Translations under genes and position numbers: made by a program | Part shown: in pieces, positions 20,753-31,603 of the stretch | Position numbering within the stretch: the first letter of the stretch is position 1 | How the letters are laid out: every line of letters starts with the position of its first letter | Source: a virus | Reading direction: 5' to 3' (one strand) | Virus record (IMG/VR): IMGVR_UViG_3300023181_000029 | Span: 14,595-78,594 of that record | DNA: 64,000 nucleotides | The notes under the pieces: model-generated | The model's database searches: none | What the model was told of the DNA's origin: nothing | What the model saw: the letters and a program-made list of their open reading frames with translations, nothing else

Positions 20753-23700
20753 TGCTGCCACCTCCACCGCCTAAGAGAAGTACTAATAACGGAGATAGCG
20801 GAATTTTACCGCCGCCTCCAAAAAAAAAAGATGTCTCCGATGGTATAGAACCTCAGACGGATGGCAGCTCATTATCTGGAACTGGTCAATCACTTTCGCC
20901 AGAATATAATAGCGATTTAGCAAATCAAGGTTATCAGTGGGGTGGCGAACCAACGACCACTGTGGGCGTAGTAAGCCCAACAATAGGCAATCAGGCAGAA
21001 ACTCAACAAGCGGTAAATCCTAGTACTGCAAAAGAAATAGAAAACGTTGTTTATCCTGAATATTCTGGCACTCCAAAGACCGATAGCCCAACGTATGTGT
21101 GGGGGGATAGAGAATTAACCCGCGACCAGTTTACGGCCAATATCTCTGACGAAAAAACCATGCAGGATATTTTGCAAGGCAAGCAGGATTTCCAGATACA
21201 CAACGACCCTAAATTACAAGAATACCTAGCCAAAGCAAAAGACAAGTACGATTCAGACTTGAACTACATGCAATGGAAAGAAAAAGAGTTAGGCATTCCA
21301 ATAGCAGTATCGCAAGCTGAGAATGCTTTTGTAAAAAGAGCGTCAGAAGTAGTTAGCGGTGCGTTAAAATCTATTTCCATTGGTGGCAGAGAGGTTGATA
21401 AGATTTGGGACGGCGAAAAGCCTATCGAGGATTACACCATGTTTAAATTAGGCAAAAAGGTCGATGAAATAATAGACATTGGATTTCCTGAATTGCCTGA
21501 ATATAAAGACGATGTATTAACGAACGTAGCCGGTATGGCTGGAACCATAACAGGACTAGCCGCTGGTGGTGCTGTTACCCGTTCTTACTCATTACCCGCG
21601 GGTATATCTGAGAAAATAGCCGCCAATACTATTACAGCAGGGTTAATTCCTACCGAGATAAGCAGTGGCGCAATGATATTTGGTGGAACTACTGTTGCTG
21701 CCCCTGAATATGAAGCAGCGCTAGAGGCCACTGGCGACCCTGATAAAGCATTTAAGGTGTGGATGGCTAACATGGCTATCGGCGCTACTGAAACTGTGCC
21801 TATTAATAACTTTCTAAAACGATTAAACGGCGTATCAGGCGGTAAATTCGCCAACATTTTAGCCGAAGGATTTAAAGGTTCGGCAGAAAGCGCAACTCAA
21901 GAGGTATTTCAACAACTCGCCAGTAACCTTACCGCGCAACAAACCTATGATTTAACGCGCGAACTCACAGAAGGATTAGCTGAAAGTGCTATGTATGGTG
22001 GATTAATGGGCGGTGTGTTTAGTGGAGCAGCAGTTGCTTTGCAATCTAAAGTAGACCAATTGCCACCAAGCCCTGAAAAAGAGCAACTACAAGCAGTAGT
22101 GCAGACTTACGAAGAAAAAGCACAAGAAGCATCTACTAAAGATGTAACCGACATAAACGATTACGCTAATACGCCACAGGTTCAAGAATTATTGAAACAA
22201 AAGTCTGAGGTAGATGCTGATTTACAAAAACCAAATCCACCAGAAGTAAAAGCAACCCTAGAGCAACAATCAACACAAATTGACGCTCAATTAAAAGAAG
22301 CACAGGCGCAAGGACTAAAAGAGAATATTGAAACCGAAGCAGCGCATAAAGTAGCTGACAAAAAACAAATAGAGGTCGAACAGCTAGATACAGCCTTACA
22401 GAACGAAACGCTGTCAGAAGCCTCAAAACAGGCATTAATCGGCAAGAAAGAAGCATTAACGCAAGAAGTAGAACAAATACGCTCACAAATACCAGAAAGA
22501 ACAGTAGTTGAAACAGAAACCATTAATACAAGTGACGGTACGGCAAGTGAAACTATCGGAGTTGCCGCCACCAATGAGCCGGCAGGAGATACAGAAGCAG
22601 CTAGACAAGTTAAAGAAGTAAGTGCAGAAATTGCACCAACTGAACCAACAGTCAAAGAAAATGTGACAGTTGAGCCGATTACTTTTAAAACAGGTCGTGG
22701 CAGCGCATATCAATTAATCAAAGGCGAAAATGGATACCAAACTATTCGCGATAAAGTAGTTGATGCGGCGCATCCTGACGGCGGCATTCAAGATAAATCC
22801 GAACGAACTATTTTTATAGACCCTAAAGATATTGGCGCTGCTACAGAGTTAAGCGCTCAAGGCCACATAAGTTCCGAAGAAGTAGATGCAGGGGATAAGC
22901 TAATTATAACCAGAACATTCGAGAATGGGCGCAAGAAGGTTATAGAAATCCCATATCACACTGAACCAACAGTAGGCGACCATCCACTCGAATTATGGAG
23001 TGACGCGAAACACTTAGGCAGCAAAATAACTGAGATAAATTCGCCTAATGCTACTTTAGAGCCTGAAAGTAAATTAACCGAACCCGTAAATGTAGTTTCG
23101 GATACCGAAAGCAACACCAATAACGTACAAACAACGGAAGTCACAGAAACCGAAGTAATACCCCCTGCAAAAGAATCTGATGTTCCAGAGGGTATGCGTC
23201 GCAGGAAATTAGCGGAACGTATTAAAGACAGCACTGAAATATCGCAGGATTTAAAGGACTCGCTAAAGCCTGATGCTGAATTTTACGTGCCAAAATCATT
23301 GAATGCAACTGACGCAGAAGTTAAAGCATTGGTTGATTTCTATGGCTTAGAGGCTGCTACTGAATCGGCATTAGACCCGCAATCCAAAATGACTGGCGAT
23401 ACGCGCTCTAGGTTAATGCAATATGGTATTAAAGAATTGGATAAGCAGGCCGCTAAAACCGAAGACCCTATAGAGAAAAACAGGCTGCAAGATAAAGCCA
23501 ACAAAATAGCTGACGCTTACACTAAGTTTGGAACCGAAGCCGGTCAAACCGTCAACTCATTCAAGGGATGGTCTATTAACTCGGGACGTGGCATAGTAAG
23601 GCAGTATGAGAAGACTATTGAAAAAGCCAAACAAAAAGCAGAAGAAAAACTAGAGCCAGTAGTTAAAAAGGTTCGCAAGGCGGTTGATAGCGGGAATAAA

Positions 23701-26343
23701 AAAGCTGCCGAGAAAGCCGTTGATTCTTTTATGAAAAAGAAAGGTATCAAAGTAGATACGGTATTCGGCTTAACTAAAACGCAAGCCCAAAAAATACAGA
23801 AAGACGCACTGTCTGATTTCCGTAAAGCAATGACTACAACCAATAGCGGCGTTAACCCGGAGGCTTTAAAGGCTATGGTTAAATACGGGTACGGGTTAGC
23901 AGCGGAAGGCATCATAGATTTCAAACAATGGGCTAGAAGGATGCGCTCAGATTTAGGTGTTGACTTTAAAGATGAAGACTTACTGACTGCATGGAAAGAT
24001 AACGCAGATGGCAAATCTATTGAGGACAGAATAAATGACAATATTAAGGTTAAGGATATTGTTATCAACCACCTGAAAAATGGCAAGGTAGATGGGCTAA
24101 GCGATAAAATTCAATCAGAAATAGGTATTGAGAAAACGATTGCTGATGCTATCGAAACAGAAATAGGCAAAGAATTTACTGTTGCTCAAAAGCAAGAGTT
24201 AGATGTAGAGGCTAAAAAGAGTGGTAAAAGAGAGTCCATTCAGGAAGCTATAAGAAGTGGTTCTGCAAGACCAGAAGAAATAATCAATTCATTAAAGAAA
24301 GAGTTTAAGATTCCAGAAGTATCGCCAGAGGTAGTTGCCGAACTCATGGAGATGGATGCTAAAAGGCAGCAATTACCAGAAGGTAAAATACAGGACGAGC
24401 AAACTATTAAGATGCTTGACCTCATAGCCAGCAAAACCAAAATACCAAAAGCTGACTTAATAATGTCGATATGGTATGCCTCTATACTTTCTGGCCCAGG
24501 AACACATATGGTCAACGTTGCAGGTAACTTAGTAAACTCTACTATGGAGGGCGGTATTGACGCAATGGAGCAATTGGCTAAAGGCGACCCTACTTATTTG
24601 TTACGTTTAGCGCCATATTTATTCCAGCAAACCAATAAGGCATTCTCTGAATCTAAAGCGGTATGGACAAAAGGTTTAGATTCAAGCAGGAGTGCAGCAA
24701 TGAATCAAATGCCTAACCCTTTAGAGCAAGTTAAATTCAAAGGCGGCAAAGCAAATCCATTCAATTACTATAAGTATGTTGGGCGTGGACTATCGGCAGT
24801 GGATGCTTTTTTCTATTCTATGGCTACAGATTCGCGTTCATTCCTTGAGGCAAACAGAATTGCGCGTGAAGAAGGGTTAAAGGGTCAAAAATTAGTAGAC
24901 CGAACCAACGAGATACTATATAACAATAAAGAAATAGCAGAAGAAGCCGGGATACAGGCGAGAACAGAACTTGAATTAGCCAGCGAAAAAACGGGTATAA
25001 AATTTACAGAGAACGATATTAAGCGTCGCAAGTTCGAGATACTTGAGCAGAAGCGCTTAGACAGGGTATCGAACGCTGCTAAAACGTTTGCTCAACAGGT
25101 AACCTATAATTACACCCCTCAAGGTGTATTGGGCATGTTTGCGAAAGTATTTCAATACGCAGGTGACAATTTTAAGCCATTTAAGGCTATTATACCGTTT
25201 ACCAGAATCGTAGCTAACGTTCTTAACCAGCAGCTAGATTATACGCCATATGGGTACGCAAGGGCATTTGATAAAAGTTTAAGCGGTATATTTTTCCCAG
25301 AGGATTTTCAAATAGGTTCTACTGGTGCAAAAACCGTTGAAGAACGAAACAGAAAACTAATAAAAGCATCTATAGGATTGTCTACAATGGCGGGATTATA
25401 CGCTATGGCAGCTTATTATGACGGACTAGAAGATGACGACCCTAGAAAGAATTACTTTGACATTATTGGACGTGGGCCATCTGACCCGAATAAGAAAGGC
25501 CAACTAATGACACAAGGGGTAAAATTCAATTCCCTTAAAATTGGTGACAAGTATATTAACTTCCAATATACCCCTCTAGGATTAATACTAGGACTAACTG
25601 GAAACTACAGGGACGCGGTCAAGTATAAAGAGCTGGATAAAAAGGCTATCGACCAAAGATTAGCGTATGCGGCAATGAATATTCCCGGCGCTATACTTGA
25701 TATGTCATTCTTATCATCGTTATCAGACATGTTATCGTCATTAGGGCGCGAAACAAGCCCCGAAACAGCACAAAACATAGCAACTGGCATGATAGCCCGT
25801 AATGCTACTTCTTTTGTGCCAGCAATGTTTAAACAGATAGACAAATGGTTCGACCCAACTATTTATGACGCTACAGATTTTCAGTCAGCTATCCTTAAGG
25901 AGATACCGTTTGTTGACGACCAATCAGGACTAAAGCCTAAGCTAAATATATTAGGACAACCAATCTCAAAACAAGGTCGTTTTACTTCGCCACAGAATAC
26001 AGAGCCAGTTTGGAGATTCTTAGCTAAGAAAGAGATATTCATATCAGCAGCCGGTAGAACCACAACACTAAATGGTCAAGTAATGACACCTGAGCAATAC
26101 TATGAGTACGTAGAAAAATCAGGCAAAAGAAGCTACGACCAAATTGAATCAATTATTTCTGAGTTAGAATCAATGCCTAAATCAGAGGCTAAGAAGCTAA
26201 TAGATAAGCTGGTTAAGAAAAACAGAAAGAAAGTCAAGGCTGAAATGGCAGGCGTACAACCAGAATCAGAAGAACAAGAAGAATCTAGCGATAACGGTTA
26301 TTCTGACGCATATTATAAAGCGTTAGAGAAAGTGTCGAAATAA
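20752..26343 (+). CDS. Large internal virion (ejection) protein
   Basis: 1863 aa, helical; G/A-rich membrane-like segments and IIPFTRIVAN..DYTPYG motif; no DxDGD RNA polymerase motif seen. Confidence 0.7.
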   Translation: MLPPPPPKRSTNNGDSGILPPPPKKKDVSDGIEPQTDGSSLSGTGQSLSPEYNSDLANQGYQWGGEPTTTVGVVSPTIGNQAETQQAVNPSTAKEIENVVYPEYSGTPKTDSPTYVWGDRELTRDQFTANISDEKTMQDILQGKQDFQIHNDPKLQEYLAKAKDKYDSDLNYMQWKEKELGIPIAVSQAENAFVKRASEVVSGALKSISIGGREVDKIWDGEKPIEDYTMFKLGKKVDEIIDIGFPELPEYKDDVLTNVAGMAGTITGLAAGGAVTRSYSLPAGISEKIAANTITAGLIPTEISSGAMIFGGTTVAAPEYEAALEATGDPDKAFKVWMANMAIGATETVPINNFLKRLNGVSGGKFANILAEGFKGSAESATQEVFQQLASNLTAQQTYDLTRELTEGLAESAMYGGLMGGVFSGAAVALQSKVDQLPPSPEKEQLQAVVQTYEEKAQEASTKDVTDINDYANTPQVQELLKQKSEVDADLQKPNPPEVKATLEQQSTQIDAQLKEAQAQGLKENIETEAAHKVADKKQIEVEQLDTALQNETLSEASKQALIGKKEALTQEVEQIRSQIPERTVVETETINTSDGTASETIGVAATNEPAGDTEAARQVKEVSAEIAPTEPTVKENVTVEPITFKTGRGSAYQLIKGENGYQTIRDKVVDAAHPDGGIQDKSERTIFIDPKDIGAATELSAQGHISSEEVDAGDKLIITRTFENGRKKVIEIPYHTEPTVGDHPLELWSDAKHLGSKITEINSPNATLEPESKLTEPVNVVSDTESNTNNVQTTEVTETEVIPPAKESDVPEGMRRRKLAERIKDSTEISQDLKDSLKPDAEFYVPKSLNATDAEVKALVDFYGLEAATESALDPQSKMTGDTRSRLMQYGIKELDKQAAKTEDPIEKNRLQDKANKIADAYTKFGTEAGQTVNSFKGWSINSGRGIVRQYEKTIEKAKQKAEEKLEPVVKKVRKAVDSGNKKAAEKAVDSFMKKKGIKVDTVFGLTKTQAQKIQKDALSDFRKAMTTTNSGVNPEALKAMVKYGYGLAAEGIIDFKQWARRMRSDLGVDFKDEDLLTAWKDNADGKSIEDRINDNIKVKDIVINHLKNGKVDGLSDKIQSEIGIEKTIADAIETEIGKEFTVAQKQELDVEAKKSGKRESIQEAIRSGSARPEEIINSLKKEFKIPEVSPEVVAELMEMDAKRQQLPEGKIQDEQTIKMLDLIASKTKIPKADLIMSIWYASILSGPGTHMVNVAGNLVNSTMEGGIDAMEQLAKGDPTYLLRLAPYLFQQTNKAFSESKAVWTKGLDSSRSAAMNQMPNPLEQVKFKGGKANPFNYYKYVGRGLSAVDAFFYSMATDSRSFLEANRIAREEGLKGQKLVDRTNEILYNNKEIAEEAGIQARTELELASEKTGIKFTENDIKRRKFEILEQKRLDRVSNAAKTFAQQVTYNYTPQGVLGMFAKVFQYAGDNFKPFKAIIPFTRIVANVLNQQLDYTPYGYARAFDKSLSGIFFPEDFQIGSTGAKTVEERNRKLIKASIGLSTMAGLYAMAAYYDGLEDDDPRKNYFDIIGRGPSDPNKKGQLMTQGVKFNSLKIGDKYINFQYTPLGLILGLTGNYRDAVKYKELDKKAIDQRLAYAAMNIPGAILDMSFLSSLSDMLSSLGRETSPETAQNIATGMIARNATSFVPAMFKQIDKWFDPTIYDATDFQSAILKEIPFVDDQSGLKPKLNILGQPISKQGRFTSPQNTEPVWRFLAKKEIFISAAGRTTTLNGQVMTPEQYYEYVEKSGKRSYDQIESIISELESMPKSEAKKLIDKLVKKNRKKVKAEMAGVQPESEEQEESSDNGYSDAYYKALEKVSK

Positions 26344-26356
26344 TTCACATACATTT

Positions 26357-26402
26357 TGCAAAATAATTTTGCACTTTTAAATATTCCGCATATCTTTACG
26401 AT
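26357..26402 (+). promoter_or_regulatory. Promoter (TTG-N19-TATCTTTA) with TGCAA-N7-TTGCA palindrome, probably leaderless
   Basis: Palindrome at 26357-26373, TATCTTTA at 26391-26398, 4 nt, then ATG at 26403. Confidence 0.6.
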
Positions 26403-26870
26403 ATGGCTATTACTACCACTCGTAACGTAACAGGAATAAGCACTATCCCATTAGGTACTGCTAAAGCTGGAACCGTGACGGGCGAAACAGTAGGCGGCAG
26501 ATTCTACCTACGTGGCACTGGAACTGATTTTAATTCATTTCTAAGTATAGCCCGTGATAACGATTACATTTTTGTTGAGTCTGATTACTTGCTATTTCAG
26601 GTAAAATCCGTATTCAAAGACGTTATCGAGGTAGACCAAGACCCTACAGCAGTAAGTGGGGCAACATTCACATACGTATATGCTAATCTAGCAAGCTACA
26701 CTTGCACAAATCAAGGTTCAGCCGATGCTGACTTTGATGGAGCCGTAATGGAAGCGGGAGTAACGGAACAAGACGAAAGGACTGACTACAATCAAGTAAG
26801 GCAATCACTTTGCCAAGCTGTTAAGATTGATGGTAGTGGTACTGACTTGTTAATCCGCGAAAGCCTGTAA
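26403..26870 (+). CDS. Putative tail/fibre-associated structural protein
   Basis: Thr-rich beta protein with a GTVT...GTGTDF fibre-like motif. Confidence 0.45.
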   Translation: MAITTTRNVTGISTIPLGTAKAGTVTGETVGGRFYLRGTGTDFNSFLSIARDNDYIFVESDYLLFQVKSVFKDVIEVDQDPTAVSGATFTYVYANLASYTCTNQGSADADFDGAVMEAGVTEQDERTDYNQVRQSLCQAVKIDGSGTDLLIRESL

Positions 26871-27125
26871 ATGAGTGTAAGAAGTTCAATCTCTAAAAGT
26901 TCAGGTGGTGGTGGCGGTCTCCCAACAGGCGGCGAACCAAACGATATTCTATCAATAGACGAGAACGGCGACCCGATTTGGCTATCCTATGTTCCGATTG
27001 GTAGCGACTGGCGTTTACGCGAAACCGACGTATCTGATGCAGAAGGCGCAGGCAACCTAATCACAGAGAACAATAATCCCGGCGACTGGACTGAAAAATC
27101 TATTGACTACAAGATTGAACCATAG
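26871..27125 (+). CDS. Small fibre adaptor-like protein
   Basis: GGGGGLPTGGEPNDIL...W linker motif of the kind seen in phage fibres. Confidence 0.4.
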   Translation: MSVRSSISKSSGGGGGLPTGGEPNDILSIDENGDPIWLSYVPIGSDWRLRETDVSDAEGAGNLITENNNPGDWTEKSIDYKIEP

Positions 27126-27155
27126 TTAACATCCCTTCTTAGGGCTTTTTAAAAA

Positions 27156-28847
27156 ATGAAACACATTAAAACTAGCCTTATATTATACCTAGTGTTAGGT
27201 ATATTCGTTGCTCATTCCCAAAACGTACCACCGGGCACACAATCAGCTTGGTCATATGACATATCAGGAAACACTACTACTGGCGTAGGGACATACATGG
27301 GCAACAGAACTTATAATGTCAACGGCATGGTTGGCTGGAAAAACCTTGTACAAAGCGCACCGACTACACCGACAGACAGTAATGGATTATTTTTGTCAAA
27401 AGACACTAGCTACCTTTGGAGTAATAATATATGGCGCATACTGGGGCCAAGTGTGAGCATCGGTTGCTTAGCGGGTACCGGAACGCGGGTAGTTACGACG
27501 AATGCTACAGGTGGGCTGGGGTTTAATAAATTAGAGAATATGGCTTGGGGGTTAACAGGCAACGACGGTACAGACCCTACCATTAATTTTATAGGAACCA
27601 CTGACGCAGTGGATTTTGTCTTTAAAGCAGACAATACGGATTTCGGTCGGGTTACAAGCATGGGCAGCTGGCAGTTTGGGCAAGACAATGATGTGTCAGG
27701 CATTTCTACTTCTATGGCTATAGGAAATGGAGATACCGTATTGGGTAGGGCTTCTGTAGCAACCGGAACGGGGCTATATCTGAATGACATTTACACTTAC
27801 GCCACGGGTGAATACAATGAACGCAATGTGCCTAATTTACTTTGGGCGCTAGGTAATGGAACGACCTTTGACGACGCGTCGCGTAAAAACGCCATTACAG
27901 TACTAAAAAATGGAAACGTAGGCATAGGCACATCAACGCCAAATTATAAATTAGATATACAAGGAGATTTAGGCGTTTACGCTAGTTTGGCGGGGGATGA
28001 AACAAGTGTAGTTGTTGTTCCTGGGAGAAGTGAAACACAAATTACCACCTCGCTAGGTGGGTTAAGTTTATTTCAACAAACAGAAGGATTGCAATTTACT
28101 GGTTCTGGGGATGTCATTTTGCAATACTCTGTCGGTAATGGTAACGTAGGCATAGGGATGTCTAGTCCGCTAGCCAAACTTGATGTAACGGGCACATTCA
28201 GACAACAGTTTGATAACGGCACCACTACAGCAGTAATTACTAATGATGGTAATAATATAAGGCTTACTACTTCTAACAACACATCGGGTGAGCGTACAAT
28301 ATTAAACGTGTATTCTGACGGGATTGGACTTGATTATGACCAAGATAACACCGGAACGCTTACGCAATCTATATTAGCTAATTCTAGTGGATTGTTGTTA
28401 AATAGCGGTTCCAATGATAAAAATGTAGGTATAGGTACGACCACACCGATAACAAAACTAGATGTAGCAGGAATTGTTGGAAACGAGGGTTTGCGATTTA
28501 AAAGCACTAACTATGGTACGGATAGCGTAGAATTAGAACCACAAGTATATGGATGCGGTTGTGATTGGGACACTTATAAGTCATTAGCTTTTACTGACTA
28601 TAATAATGACGAAGTAGTATTATCAGTGCCGTATCTAAGTAACGGGGGTGGTGCGTATCTAGGATTAAGCGATAACGTAGGTATTGGAACAACAACCCCT
28701 GCCAGTAAATTAACCGTAACCGATGGGGACGTGTATATAACTGACATTGGTAGCGGCGTAATAACTAAAGACGATGATGGCTTTTGCTGGCGTTGTCGCG
28801 CGTCTACCGTAGGAGCATTTGAATGCGTAAGTATAACCTGTCCATAA
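27156..28847 (+). CDS. Signal-peptide-bearing tail-fibre-like trimeric beta protein
   Basis: Sec signal (...FVAHS/Q), WGLTGN.GT...NFIGTTD motif, YadA-head-like repeats, four NVGIG repeats, Cys-rich C-terminus CWRC...C...CP. Confidence 0.7.
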   Translation: MKHIKTSLILYLVLGIFVAHSQNVPPGTQSAWSYDISGNTTTGVGTYMGNRTYNVNGMVGWKNLVQSAPTTPTDSNGLFLSKDTSYLWSNNIWRILGPSVSIGCLAGTGTRVVTTNATGGLGFNKLENMAWGLTGNDGTDPTINFIGTTDAVDFVFKADNTDFGRVTSMGSWQFGQDNDVSGISTSMAIGNGDTVLGRASVATGTGLYLNDIYTYATGEYNERNVPNLLWALGNGTTFDDASRKNAITVLKNGNVGIGTSTPNYKLDIQGDLGVYASLAGDETSVVVVPGRSETQITTSLGGLSLFQQTEGLQFTGSGDVILQYSVGNGNVGIGMSSPLAKLDVTGTFRQQFDNGTTTAVITNDGNNIRLTTSNNTSGERTILNVYSDGIGLDYDQDNTGTLTQSILANSSGLLLNSGSNDKNVGIGTTTPITKLDVAGIVGNEGLRFKSTNYGTDSVELEPQVYGCGCDWDTYKSLAFTDYNNDEVVLSVPYLSNGGGAYLGLSDNVGIGTTTPASKLTVTDGDVYITDIGSGVITKDDDGFCWRCRASTVGAFECVSITCP

Positions 28848-28857
28848 ATTAAGAACC

Positions 28858-30006
28858 ATGAAACGTGTATTGCTTGCGCTTTTGTTCCTGATGCCTTTTG
28901 CGGCTTTCGCACAAGGCACACTAGCCTACCCGCTCGTAGATATTTTGAAGCTAAAGCGTGTCGCAATAGATGGCTTTTCCGGTGACAGTACCATGTATTT
29001 AAACGCCCCAAAGACACGGGTAAACAACTTCCAGATACATATAGGTTCAGCGTGTGCCGGCTGCATATTGCTAGGTACTGATAATAACGGTAATGTTGTT
29101 TGGGCGGCTCCATCGACTATGGATATAAGCGCATTTAATAACGATGCCAGTTATATGTCATACAACGACACTGTACCGATGGGTAAGGTGATGACAAGGA
29201 GTTCAGCAGAAAACTCAATAGGCATTCTTGAAGATAGTATAGCGGCATTGCGTAATTCAATAAACACTATAAGCCTTACGCCCGGCGCAACCGGTTCTAC
29301 CGGCGCTACAGGATTGCAAGGCGCTACAGGTTCTAACGGGCTTACCGGAGCCACCGGAACGGCCGGAGTAACTGGTAGTACCGGAACCGTTGGAGCCACG
29401 GGCGCAACCGGTGTTATAGGCATAACGGGCAGTACAGGCTTAACAGGCAGTATAGGGGCTACAGGTTTGCAAGGTAGCACCGGCGCGACTGGTAGCACGG
29501 GTAGCACTGGCCTCACCGGAGCCAATGGCGTAACAGGCATTACGGGCGCTACCGGCCTCGCTGGTACTACTGGGGCGACTGGAAGTACCGGCACAGCGGG
29601 CACAAACGGAACGAATGGGGCTACGGGTGCGACAGGAGCCACGGGTGGAACTGATGGCACATATACACCAACGTTCACCCCTGTAACGAACATTCTTAGT
29701 GGTAGTATTACGGGGACGCTAGCAATGTACACCCGCATAGGTAATACAGTGGAGGTATCAGGTACATTCACCTGTACGCCTACATTGATAGGTAATACCA
29801 CGTTCACTATATCATTACCTGTAGCCTCCAATATGACGGTATCGTATGACCTATCGGGTCAATATGCAAGTGCTAATCTTGTAAGTGTTGGCAACGTTGG
29901 CATTACTGGCAATCCAACTACTGACTTAGCAACAGTATCTTTTAGTTCCTTGCTGGCATTAGGCACCGCTACCGTTCCGTATAACTTCACATATCGAGTT
30001 AAATAA
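28858..30006 (+). CDS. Signal-peptide-bearing collagen-like protein
   Basis: Signal [19 protein letters not shown]; about 40 Gly-X-Y triplets, mostly GXT; C-terminal GTYTPT...YTRIGNTV fibre-tip-like domain. Confidence 0.8.
   Translation: MKRVLLALLFLMPFAAFAQGTLAYPLVDILKLKRVAIDGFSGDSTMYLNAPKTRVNNFQIHIGSACAGCILLGTDNNGNVVWAAPSTMDISAFNNDASYMSYNDTVPMGKVMTRSSAENSIGILEDSIAALRNSINTISLTPGATGSTGATGLQGATGSNGLTGATGTAGVTGSTGTVGATGATGVIGITGSTGLTGSIGATGLQGSTGATGSTGSTGLTGANGVTGITGATGLAGTTGATGSTGTAGTNGTNGATGATGATGGTDGTYTPTFTPVTNILSGSITGTLAMYTRIGNTVEVSGTFTCTPTLIGNTTFTISLPVASNMTVSYDLSGQYASANLVSVGNVGITGNPTTDLATVSFSSLLALGTATVPYNFTYRVK
29284..29643 (+). repeat. Collagen (Gly-X-Thr)n coding repeat
   Basis: About 40 uninterrupted triplets counted in the translation. 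Confidence 0.9.
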
Positions 30007-30007
30007 C

Positions 30008-30268
30008 ATGAAACTACTATCTGTACTATTCTTATTGCTGCCGGCAGCGCTGTTTGCACAATGTTCAAGTGGTGGTGGACACGACTTAGCGGGCATCTTA
30101 TCCATAACCGATGAGCCATGTGAGCAGCAGGTGACAGAAACAAAAGACAGCATCGTAGTAGTACAAAGGTACTGCCTGATGCAAACTGGTGAGTGTATTA
30201 AATGCCATCAAGTAATCACACAGCCAAGGAAAGAACAGTATAGGTACGCATTTAAACGGAAGGAATAA
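30008..30268 (+). CDS. Small secreted Cys-rich protein
   Basis: Signal ...AALFA/QC; C..GGGH and CIKC motifs. Confidence 0.6.
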   Translation: MKLLSVLFLLLPAALFAQCSSGGGHDLAGILSITDEPCEQQVTETKDSIVVVQRYCLMQTGECIKCHQVITQPRKEQYRYAFKRKE

Positions 30269-30391
30269 GTATATTTAGCAAATGAAAAAGATAATAAAAG
30301 CCATAGCGTTTATTTTCCCTACTACAATATGCTACCCTTTGTTTCATCCATATATTGAACCTGTAACACGGTACGAATTTAAAAAGTAATA

Positions 30392-30865
30392 ATGGATAAG
30401 GTAACACTAGATAGAATCCAATTGCTTCACCCCAAATTGCGGGTTGAGGCTTTGGCTATTTATACTGAAATATGCGCTGCATTAACAGGTACCGTTATTT
30501 GCCGCTTTACCCATACGCTTAGGACGATAAAGGAGCAAAACGACTTGTACGCTATTGGGCGCACTAAGCCGGGTAAAATTGTGACTAATGCTAAAGGCGG
30601 CACATCGTACCATAACTACGGACTGGCGATAGATATTTGCTTAATTATCAACGGCAAAGAAGCATCATGGGACACAGTTAAGGATTTTGATGCTGATGGA
30701 ACTGCTGATTGGATGGAAATAGTACTTATATTTAAGAAGCATGGTTTTGAGTGGGGCGGTGACTGGAAGTTTAAAGACTATCCGCATTTCCAAAAGACTT
30801 TCGGATTAACTATAAAGCAATGTCAGGCTTTGGTAACTAAAGAACCTTATATACAGATAGTATGA
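30392..30865 (+). CDS. Endolysin, peptidase M15 (L-Ala-D-Glu type)
   Basis: RT..EQ..LYA.GRT, SYHNYGLAID, FEWGGDW and DYPHFQ zinc-peptidase motifs. Confidence 0.93.
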   Translation: MDKVTLDRIQLLHPKLRVEALAIYTEICAALTGTVICRFTHTLRTIKEQNDLYAIGRTKPGKIVTNAKGGTSYHNYGLAIDICLIINGKEASWDTVKDFDADGTADWMEIVLIFKKHGFEWGGDWKFKDYPHFQKTFGLTIKQCQALVTKEPYIQIV

Positions 30866-31068
30866 GCATAAAGAAACCTAAAAGTTGGAGAACGACAGTT
30901 TTAGGCTGTATAGGAGCCGTTATAATGGCTGCGGTTCCGTTTTTACAGCAAGACAGCTTTGAAATTTCAAAGGATTGGAAGTATCTTGCCGCTGCTGTAT
31001 TAATAGCCCTTTATGGTGCTGTGTCAAAAGACGCTCAGGTATCTGGAAATGGAACTAAGCCGCAATAA
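30862..31068 (+). CDS. Putative holin (two TM segments)
   Basis: KSWRTT..G start, two hydrophobic helices, SKD end; overlaps the endolysin stop. Confidence 0.65.
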   Translation: MSIKKPKSWRTTVLGCIGAVIMAAVPFLQQDSFEISKDWKYLAAAVLIALYGAVSKDAQVSGNGTKPQ

Positions 31069-31603
31069 CGATAGAGTGGTAAAGATAGCTATGTGGGTTT
31101 TACGGCAATATAACATGACAGAAATAATCTGTGCGGAAAATCTTCAATATCTGCTAAAGAATACTATACTGGTGTCTATTGGGTTCTTTGCTATCGTGGA
31201 ACTAATAATAGATTATCCTGTACGGCTTATGGCTGTATTTGTTATATTGGGTATATTTTGCGACCTAACTTGTGGAATATGGGCGAATTGCTGGAAGGGT
31301 GACGAAAAAATTAGCCCTAAGAAAATAGCAACCTCGATAGGCTATGGAATATACCTAATATCACTGATAGTGCTGCTTTCTTACTTCAAATACATCATTA
31401 GCGTGGTGGAACTGAAATGGGGACACGATTTGTTAGTATTCAGCGTAGACGCGCTTTTTATAACGAGTATTAGTATTTTTTTTATATCCCTTGTATTAAA
31501 CATAGTATCAAATGGCGCAAAAGTTGGAGTATATGGGTGTAGAAGGCTTGCTAAAGTACTAAAATTGAAATTAGACCGAATAAGTGATGACAACGGTAAT
31601 TAA
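31049..31603 (+). CDS. Multi-TM holin-like protein
   Basis: DLTCGIWA...GDEKISPKK pattern like holin family 4; four TM segments; start more likely 31049 than 31013. Confidence 0.55.
   Translation: MELSRNNDRVVKIAMWVLRQYNMTEIICAENLQYLLKNTILVSIGFFAIVELIIDYPVRLMAVFVILGIFCDLTCGIWANCWKGDEKISPKKIATSIGYGIYLISLIVLLSYFKYIISVVELKWGHDLLVFSVDALFITSISIFFISLVLNIVSNGAKVGVYGCRRLAKVLKLKLDRISDDNGN

Noticed and set aside
20752-26343. Virion RNA polymerase
   Set aside because: No DxDGD/DFDID-type catalytic motif found in the translation.
29151-29831. 226-aa antisense PVAPV-repeat ORF
   Set aside because: Reverse-frame shadow of the Gly-X-Thr collagen repeat.
27156-30006. Diversity-generating retroelement target
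   Set aside because: No reverse transcriptase, and no template/variable repeat pair with adenine-specific mismatches was seen.
482-31603. Stop-codon reassignment (TAG or TGA) as in some crAss-like phages
   Set aside because: Structural genes are long, uninterrupted and tightly packed under the standard code.
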